NCBI GenBank assembly: GCA_040954595.2
Contig: CM082579.2
Location: 12,711,834 to 12,775,833, forward strand
Reading direction: 5' to 3'
DNA: 64,000 nt
Origin: Balanoglossus misakiensis
Lineage: Eukaryota > Animalia > Hemichordata
Every line of letters begins with the position of its first letter. Within the stretch, counting starts at the first letter, position 1. Positions 12,719-24,300 of the stretch are shown here, one piece after another. The position numbers were made by a program, and so were the translations under genes. The notes under the pieces are model-generated. The model did not search any database. It had not been told where the DNA came from and was given only the letters and a program-made list of their open reading frames with translations.

Positions 12719-14576
12719 AACTCTCCCCGATCCCTATATATGGAAGTGCTCATTAATATTCATATAGGGTCAAAGGTTCCCAAAGTTTACTGAAGTGACC
12801 AATCAGATGCGTGCGCATATTAATGAGTAGTCAGATGACCTGATTCAGGAAAGCGATTATCATTGTTATTTTATTGTCTTTGATCAAGCCCTCATTGGCA
12901 ATTTTAGATAAATGTTAGCTGTTAATAACAAGCAACGTTTTCACGCACGGAGCGGCACCCAACATTCTGTGTCGATACACGTCTAGTAGTCTAGATCAAC
13001 ATCATGGACATGAAGCAAAACTGTGTACGATCGATGTATACAAGATTAACGCATGTACAACGGAGGAGAAACGGAAAAGCTTGTACTTCATAAAATTCTC
13101 GTCGATATTTTCCATTGGTTTATATAGTTCGTCAATTGGGTTTATTCAGTATGATGTCGACATCATTGACACTTGATCGATCAGTACCTGGTTTGCATGG
13201 CTTAATGACTACACCCCCTAGACCAGTATCCGGTCACTTTTGTTAAAAACGATACTCGCGCTTCATCGGCAACTCCGATACTACAACAACGCCATGTATT
13301 TTTAGCACTGGAGGACTGACAATAGAAAAAAAATACAAATCCGGGTCAAGTTGACAAAGGTCAAGGTAAAAGAGATTCCCAAACGATCGGTGTCGCTAGA
13401 CCTGTATGCGGTCACTTGGACCAGTACTCCGGTCACGTAGCATCAATTGCACAGACACAGATTCAAATAGAATGCATATTCTCATAAAGTATTTGGCTCC
13501 TTATCAGTAGAACCATGAATATACGGACTTTCATTCAAAGAAAAAAGCTACGAAGTCGACCCCTCTTCGACCTGGAAGTCGCGACTTACTAGCCCACAGT
13601 GCACGTCTTTTCTATGACAAGTCCACATGACTGGCTTACCGGTCTAAAGCATACCTCCCGATCTACGGGAAAGGCGCGTAAATGTTTGCGCCAATTTTGA
13701 AATCTGATACATGAACTTGTTCATGATGACTCAACAAGTACTAGAACAGCAATTTTGGTGGAAAAGCTCAAAAATATTGACGACAGACCGACTTTTAAAG
13801 TGCGGCTCTTGCGTAGCTACCGTGAAATGCGTAGTATGTATTGAAGGAAATGATCGATTGTGTGCATTTCTTGTTTTCGGGCGATTCCGCTCAAGTTCAA
13901 CCCGTACGACGTCGAAACTTCTACCGATTACTAATGAGTATACCCATCAAATACTGCGACTCTTGAATTTCGCGTAGATATCGCGACTATCACTATATCG
14001 CGTCTTTTCCGCAAAGTGACCGGGTAATGGTACCGAGCGGATACTGGTCTAGAGGTGTATTCCTTCCTTCCAAAAACATATCTGTGCAGTAAGCGCAGAT
14101 GCCCTGTCCATGCTTCATGGTACGGATTGGCGCACTTGTGTGTATATCGTCCACCCATGTTCCGATGTCCGACGCCTATCACCGCAATGACTAACAAAAT
14201 TGACGCCAAAAGTCCCCATTTTGCGGTATCACTTCCTGATGTGATTTCTGGAGAAATGTCTTCATGCTTGGCTGGACCCATGGCCACGCTGTGAGTCACG
14301 ACGGCCTCAAACCTAAAAAAAACGGTGAAAATCCAATCACAATGGTAAACTTGTTGCCTTAAGGTCAAAGAATCGATATGCCAGCGGGCAAGGTTTTTAG
14401 CCGACTGAATTTCGTTTTACAGAGTGAGAAACATGGGGTATATAAAAAGACAAAGTACTTGTACACTATGAGCGTAATAGCTGCTTTCTGATTGGTCAAA
14501 AACTTGTCTGACCTCGAGGGCGCTTTCATTATTAAATATTAATGAGCACTTTCATATATAGGGATCGGGGAGAGTG
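12719..14576. mobile_element. Non-autonomous TIR DNA element (~41-bp TIRs, possible 5-bp TSD AATAT)
   Basis: actctccccgatccctatatatggaagtgctcattaatatt (12720-12760) is the reverse complement of 14535-14575 with one mismatch. AATAT lies at 12714-12718 and 14577-14581. Confidence 0.8.
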
Positions 14577-14947
14577 AATATTGATAGTGTTTGATAAAAA
14601 AGAACAATGCAACGTTTGGTTGGAGCAAATAAAGCAAAATCAGGAGCCTCGCTATTGTTTAGTCTAGATTGGTGATTTTTCTGTCATTGACATGTGTGTA
14701 ATTCAAAATTATTAATATATTTATTTATATATTATTTAATTCAGGATTTAATTAAAGTACATTCCATAGAACAGCTAAAATGTAATCAGCAATACGGTAT
14801 TGACAGAAAATACAACAGCAAAAAACACAAGACAAACAGACACAAACAACGATTCTAATAAAGATAAATAAAAGAACAAAGATAAAAAGACAGTCAAGAA
14901 GAAGAAAAAAAACAATCCGCTGTACAGTGTACATGCACTATTCGAGA

Positions 14948-15473
14948 CATATAGCACGAGCCGTCAGGCGAGTGCTATATGGAGCGAATTGTACCCAAAT
15001 CGAGTGTATACCCGACTGAGGCGGGGGTTATTGCTATTATATTATATCAACAACTGTTTTTGTGGCATATCAGTGTCATTTTCTTACCGAAATGGCGTCA
15101 GAAAGAGAAATTACGATCGTGAACCAACATGGCGACGATGAATGTAAACACGAGCGGCCGCGATCCAGCCGGGATCGAGCATTAAACATGAAGCAGACGA
15201 CAAAAAGTTACAGGACGGGCATCGCGCGTGGCAAAGCGACAAATATATCCACAGAGCAGTCCAAAATAAAACGTCCATTAATTCAACATTATTTTTGTTT
15301 TATTTATTTGGTTTAAACACGCGCGACTGTGGTTTAACCGCACATTTTGCTGCTGTATGTTAGTTCAGGGGCCCGTTTTACCACTGCTAGCGATGGTAAA
15401 ACAGTATTTTACCATGGCTGGATTGAGCTCTCGTCCAATCAGAATCGCGGACGGTAGCATGATATAATATAAT
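14948..15473. mobile_element. Hairpin-headed non-autonomous element (Crypton-like architecture), probably 5'-truncated
   Basis: Hairpin catatagcac/gtgctatatg with loop gagccgtcaggcga (14948-14981). Second inverted pair attatattatatca (15036-15049) / tgatataatataat (15460-15473). Same layout as 52802-53245. Confidence 0.5.
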
Positions 15474-15485
15474 CATTGACTTTCT

Positions 15486-15815
15486 TTAGAGCTGTTGAAA
15501 TTTTGACAGGACAAATACATCAGAGTTCACTAATTTGTTCAAAATGCTATTGCCACTGTTGTAAATTCTGACATAGAATTTGTAAAGTAATTTTCGCCTC
15601 AAAGAGTATAAGAATGGAGCATTGTTAGATACACACATCCCATTAGCACTGCAATCTCGTGGCAGACGCAACAGAATACGAAAGACTTTGTTGTATGCCA
15701 CTCTGAGACTGTTCATGTTTTTCGTGCTGTACTGCCACCATACATGTGAACAGTACATATTAGTACAATAGGTGCGAAATAAACTGACCTTTACATGAAA
15801 ATTACGCCCACACAT
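15486..15815 (-). mobile_element. 3' fragment of an RTE-X-like LINE ORF2
   Basis: VKVSLFRTYC..Y...W..LRVAYNKVFRILLRLP..SA..LRRKLLYKF..RI..S.N resembles the post-RT C-terminus of RTE-X LINEs. Confidence 0.55.
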
Positions 15816-16512
15816 AGACCTTTAAAGGAAATTACAACACACAATATTAGCACTTGCACCCGAAATCGGAATTACTACAATATTACTCCCGAAATTAGAT
15901 TGGTTTTGCTACCAGATCCCGACTTATAAAATTATTCGAATCTAAACGGCCTGTGCCTGATCTTCATTTCATTCAAATTTCAAAAAATGCCACCAAATAC
16001 GTGACTACACAACAAAAAGTAACAACGCCATTAGATAAAAATATAAAGTACCTTAGTCGGATGCTTGGAAACCAGATTTAAATTTTCTTCCCGTCCCTCC
16101 TTCACCATTTGGTAATTGGCTGTTGTCTGCAGAACGACATTGCTTACATCACTAAAGATGACATCGTCAAATGTGTATATTGTTAGTAGGGTTTTATTGC
16201 ACCAGGCAAGACGTTAAGGGGCGATTTACTTAACGAATCGTCTGGCAGTATTTGGTTTTCAGTTTTTCGTTACATACATACATACGCTCGCACCACCACA
16301 ACATACCCGGTATATGTAGGGCGTATTTATTCTTTGAACGTTTTATGCCGGTTGATGAACTTACATCAACAAAATCTTCTGGCTGCCTATATACAACACT
16401 TCGTCAGCAGTTATTTTGCAACCTGGCTCTCCATGACTCGAAATGTTGGTTCATACACTCCGCTTCGACAGCTCCAGTCTGTGTGGCACCCTGTGTGGTC
16501 ATCCTTGTAAAT

Positions 16513-17613
16513 AAAAATAGCGTCAAGGACACTGTGGTCCCATTTGAGGATTATGCGGAAACAATGACACACCAGAATAAAAATTACAGGTGACATTGCA
16601 AGCAGATCTGCAAGCAGCAATATCAGGCCCAAGCCAACATAGCAACATAGCAATAAGCATATCTGCTCTGGATGCCAAGATATGGAAAAGTAGGTCAAAG
16701 GTCACCTGAGGTTATGCAAAATTTGGGCAAGAAATTTTGACCCTATACTGGTCCATGTTCAACAAAAACCAAACCTATAGCCCTATTGGTTAGCCTGGAA
16801 TTAGGTATGCACATAATTAATGAGATATGCAGGTGTCACAGGTGACCAATATTTTGGCTTTTCAATTTTAGTCCCAACCCTCCAAACGCCAAGTCTGTAC
16901 CTGCTCTGGATGCCGAGATATAGGAAAGTTGGTCAAAGGTCACCTGAGGTCACCCAAAATTTGGGCAAGAAATTTTGACCCTATACTGGTCCATGTCCCA
17001 CAAGAACGAAACCTCTAGCTCTATTAGTTAGCCCGGAATTAGGTGTGCACATAATTAATGTGTTAAGCAGGTGTTACAGGTGAGCCCAAAATTTTGCCTT
17101 TTATTTTGGCCCCATTGTGCTCACTGACCAATAGACAGTCACTGTACAGGACTATTGCACAGACCAGAATTCCACAATAAGACGTGGACATAGCTTAACC
17201 ATAGAGGTATAAGTAAAGGTATAAATTTAATAAAAAGACTAAAAAATTCATAAAAAATAAAACATCGATGATATTAATTTAACACTTACAGGTCGATGTG
17301 AGGTTGACATTATGGTACATGCATACCAATTTTTAAAGCAATCTGACAAGTAGTTGTTGACTTTCAGAGTTTTGATAAATTTCACATTTTTCCAGCTAAT
17401 TTGCATATTTTTGGGCCTGGCAACTTCGTTTGGACAAACTCCCATCTACAGCCCAGCCTGCACCTACACACCAAATATTGAGGTGATACGCGCAGCGGTT
17501 TTCAAGTTTTTGATGTGGACGGACATACAGACATACATCCATACATACATACAGACGCAACCGATCCCATAAGGTCCCATGGTATATATGCCTATACCAA
17601 TGGGACCTAAAAA
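16513..17613 (+). mobile_element. HINE/DINE-1-like (Helentron-associated) non-autonomous element
   Basis: The 5' box gcgtcaaggacactgtggtccca and the 3' block are shared with the 55009-55589 copy. Two ~238-bp internal tandem units (16663, 16901), a CATA/CAGA microsatellite (17520-17555) and a terminal stem-loop aggtcccatggtata/tataccaatgggacct (17572-17608). Confidence 0.7.
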
Positions 17614-18644
17614 TATGATCATTGTCAACAGACTATTATGTACCTCTTACATATTGTGTCATATCTGTTTCATATCTCAATTATGTATCATATCTACGTC
17701 ACATCTACTTTCGATGACCAGACAAAAATACAAATTTTACACCTTACCTGATAATGATTGACGATATTGTCAAGTCGTTGCCTCAAAAGCTGACCCCTCT
17801 CTATGATGTACGATTTGGTATTCTTCATATACCAGTACATGTGTGTTTTGATGGAGGCCCCTGAAAATATAGATAAAAAGAAGGCAAAGAATAAAACTAT
17901 TGTTTTCATTCTTACAAAGTTAATGCCTCTTATTGAAAAGTGATAAAACATGTTACAGAGATGAGAATACATTACAGTTGGTGTTATTTACACTTCAACT
18001 CAGTTTACAGAAGAGGTGGCAGTAGGAAAACGATTTATGACAGTGGGAAATTCATGCTAGGCCTATTTTTGGTCAGTGTGTTGTCGAGAACGTTTTCTTG
18101 CATCTGTAACATAATGATATTTTGGCCCATCCGGACGTGGGGGCGCTAATTAATGACACACCTGGTACACCTGGGTACACTCTTTGCGCCAATAGAACTG
18201 CCGTATTCATCCGCACCACAGTATTTAAGTCTGGTGTGAAGGGTCGGGGGGAAGTCTTCCTGGGGCAGCAGCGGAGCTGAACGGAATTTCTGTGAGTGCT
18301 TCCCGACTTCGGACATTGCCAGCGGAGCTGAACTGAATTGTGTGAGTGCTTTCTGAATTCGGACATTGGCAGCGGAACTGAACGGAATTTCTGTGAGTGC
18401 TTCCCGACTTCGGACATTGCCAGCGGAGCTGAACTGAATTGTGTGAGTGCTTTCTGAATTCGGACATTGGCAGCGGAACTGAACAGAATTTCTGTGAGTG
18501 CTTCCCGACTTCGGACATTGCCAGCGGAGCTGAACTGAATTGTGTGAGTGCTTTCTGAATTCGGACATTGGCAGCGGAACTGAACGGAATTTCTGTGAGT
18601 GCTTCCCGACTTCGGACATTGCCAGCGGAGCTGAACTGAATTGT
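17544..18644 (+). repeat. Left copy of a ~1.1-kb direct duplication (right copy 39456-40557)
   Basis: HINE 3' end, spacer and the first 540 bp of LTR-B recur 21,912 bp downstream. The only difference seen is a G5 vs G6 run near 18140/40051. Confidence 0.95.
18105..18644 (+). mobile_element. Partial LTR of Gypsy element B (5' part with 7 complete ~50-bp repeat units)
   Basis: Starts CATC|TGTAACATAATG exactly like 40017 and breaks off into element A sequence at a GT microhomology (18643-18644). Confidence 0.9.
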
Positions 18645-19650
18645 TTTCAACACTTGCACCAAGAAACCGTCTTCATTAGTTTTTCTGGTGGGAGACAGAG
18701 AACTAGTGGAAGTCGAGAGAAAACTGGGAACGAATCTCCAGTTGTTCCGGTAAAGCTTGTAATATTTATTGAAGTTCGGACAGCTGGGGCCAAGTTCAAG
18801 AAATTCAGTGAGAGGAATTTTCCGCTACACTGTGCCGTTTTCTTTCTGTGCACGTTTCAAGGAAAAGTTTCACAACTTATTTCTGTGTTGTTTTACGTGT
18901 ACTTTGTCTTACCGTATTTTTTGTGTGTACGGGCGAACTTCCGAACACGGCAAGGTAAGATTTGCAGTTATACTTCCTAGCCCGTTATACTGCCGTTGTG
19001 TGTGTACGGGTAGCTTGGAAAGTAACTTTCTGCTAATATTGGTGCCACCATTGCATTGACGAGGAAGCCATTTCGTCAAAGAAGCCATTTTTTGTGGCAG
19101 TTCTGTACACCGCACCTTTCGTCATAATTTTACGTACTTTTTGTGCGGACAAGTTCCAGCTTTCGGACTTGTCTTTTATCTGTTGTTTTACTTCTGAAAA
19201 GTTTCGCTTTAACAAATTCCGCTTTGTTTCGCATTTTTACTAGTTGTACCACACAGTATCAGTACAGAACTGTAATACCTCAGCAATTGGTAAGTGTTGA
19301 AACTGTTCAATTATTCGCTATATCAATAATATTTGGTGTCGCATTGTATTACTCAGTATTATTGCGAGTTTTATTATTGTGAGCCATTCCAATTATTGTA
19401 TTGTTGATATCAGTCGTACTTATTATCACATTATATTACTCTGTATAATTGCGGGTTCTATTATTGTTGTGATATAATTGATTGGTCATTGTCATTGATT
19501 ATTCTTGTGACAAACTGATCAATTTGGGTATTGCTCAGTAAATATTACGAGTAATATCACTTTGTTAAATATTACTCTGTCCTTGTGTGGGTAATATTTT
19601 CCGACAACGGTATCTGCAACTTCCATCTCAATAATATCTAACGCGCCATC

Positions 19651-21324
19651 ATGAAAATCAACGTCAACACCAGTACTCTAGGAACTCTTCAATGTCTACC
19701 TGGAGTGGGGCGGAAAATAGCCAAGGCGATTCTGCGATTACGTGAACGACATGGCTATGTAACATATGAGATGGTATGCAGTATTCCTAGGTTCAAAGCA
19801 TCCGAAGAATTCACGGAGATGGCCGACTTCGACCCACCAGGTGCTTCAGCCAAACCATCCATGAACACAACTACCCATCTCGCCCCGTTCTGGGAAGATG
19901 AGGAAGACAGCGGGAAGGATAGTGATGAAGATAGCATGAAGGAATGGATGGAAAGGATTGACAAGGTCACCAAAGAACGCGAAAGCAGACATGTTCAACG
20001 ACCTTCACGACATCAACAACCCAAAGCACCTATTCGATCGAGGCGATTTGACGAACCAGACTATACGCAGGATAGGGTAAGTCAACATCATACCGACTCT
20101 CGGGGGTATGATAGTTCATTCCATCCTGCGTACAGGCCAGATGCTCCTGCGTATGGTAGACCATATCCACGAAGTGTTCGCGATGAACAGCGATATGCGA
20201 CCTGGCCTGAAGATGAGCAGAATTATCGTCCATCACGGGTGAATGTGTCCAGACCACGAGCGGGTGCATCACCGGATTATTATGATGGCCATTATCCAAC
20301 AGAATTCGCTCCTCCCAGAACTCAACCCTACTACCAGCATGATAACCGGATGGACAGATCAAGTCATCGTCACATCCCAATGTCAGTTCCCAGGACGCTA
20401 ATCTACGATGGCTCCGGAAACTGGCAGGCATATCAGGTAAAATTCACGAAATTTGCCGAGATGCAGGACATGTCATTCAATGAATGCAAAAATTATCTGT
20501 GCTGGTGTTTAGAGGGGAAAGCAAGTGAAGTTTATACCAGGATCCTCCAGAAAAACGCAGACGTCAGCTATCACGAGCTGCTCAAAAAACTGGAGAAACG
20601 ATTTGGCTTGAAAGAGATTCCAGAATCCAGTCAGCTTCAGTTCGCCCAGATCCGACAAAACACCGAGGAGAAATTAGAAGAATGGGCGGACAGGGTTTAT
20701 TCACTTGCGATGCAGGCATTTCAAGAAAGCAGCGATGCCACCATAGAGCTTCAAGCTGTGATGCGCTTTTGCCAAGGATGTTGTGATCGAGAAGCAGGCC
20801 AATGGGCAGCAAATCAGCGTCCAACTTCCATCGAAGCAGCGATCGATACTGTCAAAAGATTCCAGTATAATCATCAAGCAATCTATGGCATCCGATCGCA
20901 GAGGCGGGAAGTACGATTTGTAAGTCCTGATCCGGAATACCCGAAAACCAACATCGAAGCACGATCTGTCTCCAGGTACGAGCGAAAACAATCACCCTCT
21001 CCTGAAAGAGCTCCCATCCGCCCGAGAGGCAAAGACGGAGGAACTGAGATGCAGGGGAGGATGTCGAGGCTGGAGACGCAGATGTCGGCAATCAGCGCAA
21101 CTTTGCAGACTGTCACCACCCAACTGGCCGAATTAACCAAAGTGGTGACAACGCAGCAGACATCAAGGTACCGATCCCCATCTCCGAGAAGCCGTGGTTG
21201 CTATGGGTGCGGCGAGATAGGCCATTTTAAGAGGGAATGTCCCCATGGAACATCAGAAAAGAAGGAAACAGCGCCGGCCAGTCCATTAAACACCAAAGGG
21301 TCAAGCCCAGAGGCCAAAGTTTGA
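19651..21324 (+). CDS. gag: Gag with N-terminal helix-hairpin-helix domain and C-terminal CCHC zinc knuckle (copy 1)
   Basis: KINVNTS..TLQCLPGVGRKIAKAILRLRERHG (ComEA/HHH_3-like); capsid-like YDGSGNWQAY..QNTEEKLEEWADRV; CYGCGEIGHFKREC. Confidence 0.9.
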   Translation: MKINVNTSTLGTLQCLPGVGRKIAKAILRLRERHGYVTYEMVCSIPRFKASEEFTEMADFDPPGASAKPSMNTTTHLAPFWEDEEDSGKDSDEDSMKEWMERIDKVTKERESRHVQRPSRHQQPKAPIRSRRFDEPDYTQDRVSQHHTDSRGYDSSFHPAYRPDAPAYGRPYPRSVRDEQRYATWPEDEQNYRPSRVNVSRPRAGASPDYYDGHYPTEFAPPRTQPYYQHDNRMDRSSHRHIPMSVPRTLIYDGSGNWQAYQVKFTKFAEMQDMSFNECKNYLCWCLEGKASEVYTRILQKNADVSYHELLKKLEKRFGLKEIPESSQLQFAQIRQNTEEKLEEWADRVYSLAMQAFQESSDATIELQAVMRFCQGCCDREAGQWAANQRPTSIEAAIDTVKRFQYNHQAIYGIRSQRREVRFVSPDPEYPKTNIEARSVSRYERKQSPSPERAPIRPRGKDGGTEMQGRMSRLETQMSAISATLQTVTTQLAELTKVVTTQQTSRYRSPSPRSRGCYGCGEIGHFKRECPHGTSEKKETAPASPLNTKGSSPEAKV

Positions 21325-24300
21325 CCCAACAACCCATAACCTATGGCCTCAACGCTTCCACGGAGGGCGATCGCAACTGTAATATTGACGTGCCATCGCC
21401 ATCATCTGAATCGGTAACACTTGATGTCAATACACATTGTGCAGATGTGTATACAACGACTATACCAACTCCAACTGATGATGGTACACATTGCGCAGAT
21501 GTGACCAACTCAACAGTGGAAGAGACAAAATCGTCAAAGACCAGTATGGCAACATCCGAAGCTAATGACATGCCTATGGTTGTCATTAACCAACTTGTGT
21601 CCAGTTCAATGTATAGCATCCCAGCAAAAATTGGAGACCAGTCCGCTACCGCTATCATCGATACCGCCGCAGAAGTCACTATTATCTCTGACCAACTGTA
21701 CAACAGTCTGCGAGTAAAACCTCCAATATTGCGGGAAGTTACCATGCAAACAGCTGGAAGACAGTTAACCATGAAAGCCAACCTGGTCGGACCCGTTGAC
21801 ATCCAGCTAGGACGTGCCGTCTTCAATGCCGATATATACGTAGCCCCAATAGGCGACGAAATGCTACTGGGAGTTGATTTCCTACAAGCAAATGGAGCAA
21901 CCATCAACATGAGTAACAACTGGCTCCATTTGGGGGAGGAAAACATACCTATGACCCTTGGACAGAGGGATCATTCACCAAAAGTGGCAAAGGTAACTTT
22001 GAAGCGACGGACAATCATCCCACCGAATAGTGTGGTCAGAATATCCTGTTTACTCGATACGGATCTAACCGACTATTTGGTAGAACCGACCCAGGGATTG
22101 AAAGTAATGATGCCCAGGACACTTCACTCGGGGGAACAATCACCTAAGGTTTGTTTAGTCAACCCGACGGAGAATTATATAACTCTGAACAGCAAGGATC
22201 CTATCGCATCAGCTACAGAAGTGGAGGTGATCACCGTCCCATCACCTGACAACCAACAGAGGACTGAAGTACGCCCTCAGCCGGTAGGCGGGCTACCTTC
22301 ACATTTAGGAAATCTGTTTGAAAGATCCTGCAGTCATCTTCAAGCAGATGAACAAACCCAACTACATAAACTTCTGTTCGATTACGAAGATGTTTTCGCC
22401 AAGGACGAATTTGATCTGGGAAATTTCACTGCAATCACACATAGCGTCGACACGAAAGACAATCCACCAATAAAGCAACGGCTACGGCGCACTCCAATGT
22501 GTTTTGCAGGGGAAGAAGAAGCCCACTTAAAGAAAATGCTGAATGCCGGAGTTATAAGGCCATCAATCTCCGAATGGGCTTCGGCACCAGTTCTAGTGCG
22601 AAAACGAGATGCAAGCGTGCGTTGGTGTGTGGATTATCGAGCCCTAAACAACATCACCGTAAAGGACGTTTTTCCGCTGCCATTGGTGGAGGATTGTATG
22701 GACACTCTATCAGGATGTCTATGGTTCTCCAAGTTGGACGCCAACTCGGCATACTGGCAGATAAGTATTAATCCACCCGACTGCAAGAAAACGGCTTTCA
22801 CCACCAAATACGGTTTGTACGAATTTACCCGAATGCCGTTTGGTCTGTGCAACGCACCTGCTACTTTCTCCAGAGTGATGAACCTAGTACTAAGGGGCCT
22901 AACTTGGGACATCGTACTGGCATTTCTGGATGATATAATGGTGCTCGGATCAAGCTTCGAAGAACACCTTAAAAATCTCCGGGAAGTCTTCAAACGACTA
23001 CGGAAGTACCAACTGAAACTCAAGCCAAGAAAGTGTGAGTTATTCCAACAGGAAGTAAGTTTCCTGGGTAGGAAAGTTGGTAGAAACAGAATATCTCTTG
23101 AAGATCAATCTATTCGGATGATCCAAGAATGGCCAATCCCTATCAACACGAAGGACGTGGAAAAATTTGCAGGATTTGCGAACTACCATCGCGCCTTCAT
23201 CAAGGATTATGCCAAGTTAGCGGTACCTCTGTACAGTGTAACCGGGAAGAAACCATTCGCCTGGGGGTATGAGCAACATCAAGCTTTTGAGGACATCAAG
23301 AAAGCACTCACCGCTGCCCCTGTTCTGACCTTGCCCAATACAAAGGATAACTTCATTCTAGACACGGATGCCTCAGACTTTGCCATCGGAGCTGAGTTAT
23401 CCCAGATACAGAACGGCAAGGAGAGGACAATTTCTTATGGAAGTTATGCCCTGACCCCTGAACAGAGACGGTACTGCACCACAAGAAAAGAATTGCTGGC
23501 AGTCGTAAGGTTCACCCGGCAGTTTCGATACTACTTGCTTGGTAATAAATTTCTGGTACGGACAGATCATCACAGTTTGCTATGGCTAATACGATTCAAA
23601 GAACCACAAGGCCAATTAGCTCGCTGGCTAGAAGAACTAAGCCAGTACAACTTTACTGTGCAACACCGACCAGGAAAACAACACATCAACGCCGACGCCC
23701 TGTCAAGATTACCCGAGCAAAGTGCCTGCACCAATTTTGAGCATGGAACAAAATTGGAATCCTTACCTTGCGGGGGATGCAACTATTGCAGCAGAGCACA
23801 TCGAAACTGGAGCCCGTTCATCAATGAGGTGGATGATGTAATTCCCCTTACCATGGCTGAACCCAGAAGCGAACACGGGAACAGCCAACTCCACCAAACC
23901 GAAGGGCCATATGGGGTGAACCAATGTACCGGTATCATGGACCCACAAATACAACCAGCAATTCAAGATGAAGAGACCTGGCCATGGGACCCTGGAGGTA
24001 ACTTGGGTCTATTAACTTGCTGCGGAATCACCCGTGACACAGTCCAGGACGAACTAATCGACGTGCCTCATTCGAACCTCGAAATTTCCCACTTTCCGGA
24101 TCCTGTACAAGTCTGCATACTATCCAGAGAGGATTCCACTAAACTGGGAACAGCCATCCTAGGATATTCTCACAAAGAATACCAACAGGCACAGCAGACT
24201 GATAAAACACTGGGGATTCTCATCACATGGCTTGAAACTGGGAAAGTTCCTGAGGAAGGAGAGCTGAGACTCTCCAGCCCTGCAGCAAAGAATTATTGGA

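Noticed and set aside
13931-14368. 145-aa ORF inside the TIR element
   Set aside because: Non-ATG start and no recognisable domain; not supported as coding.
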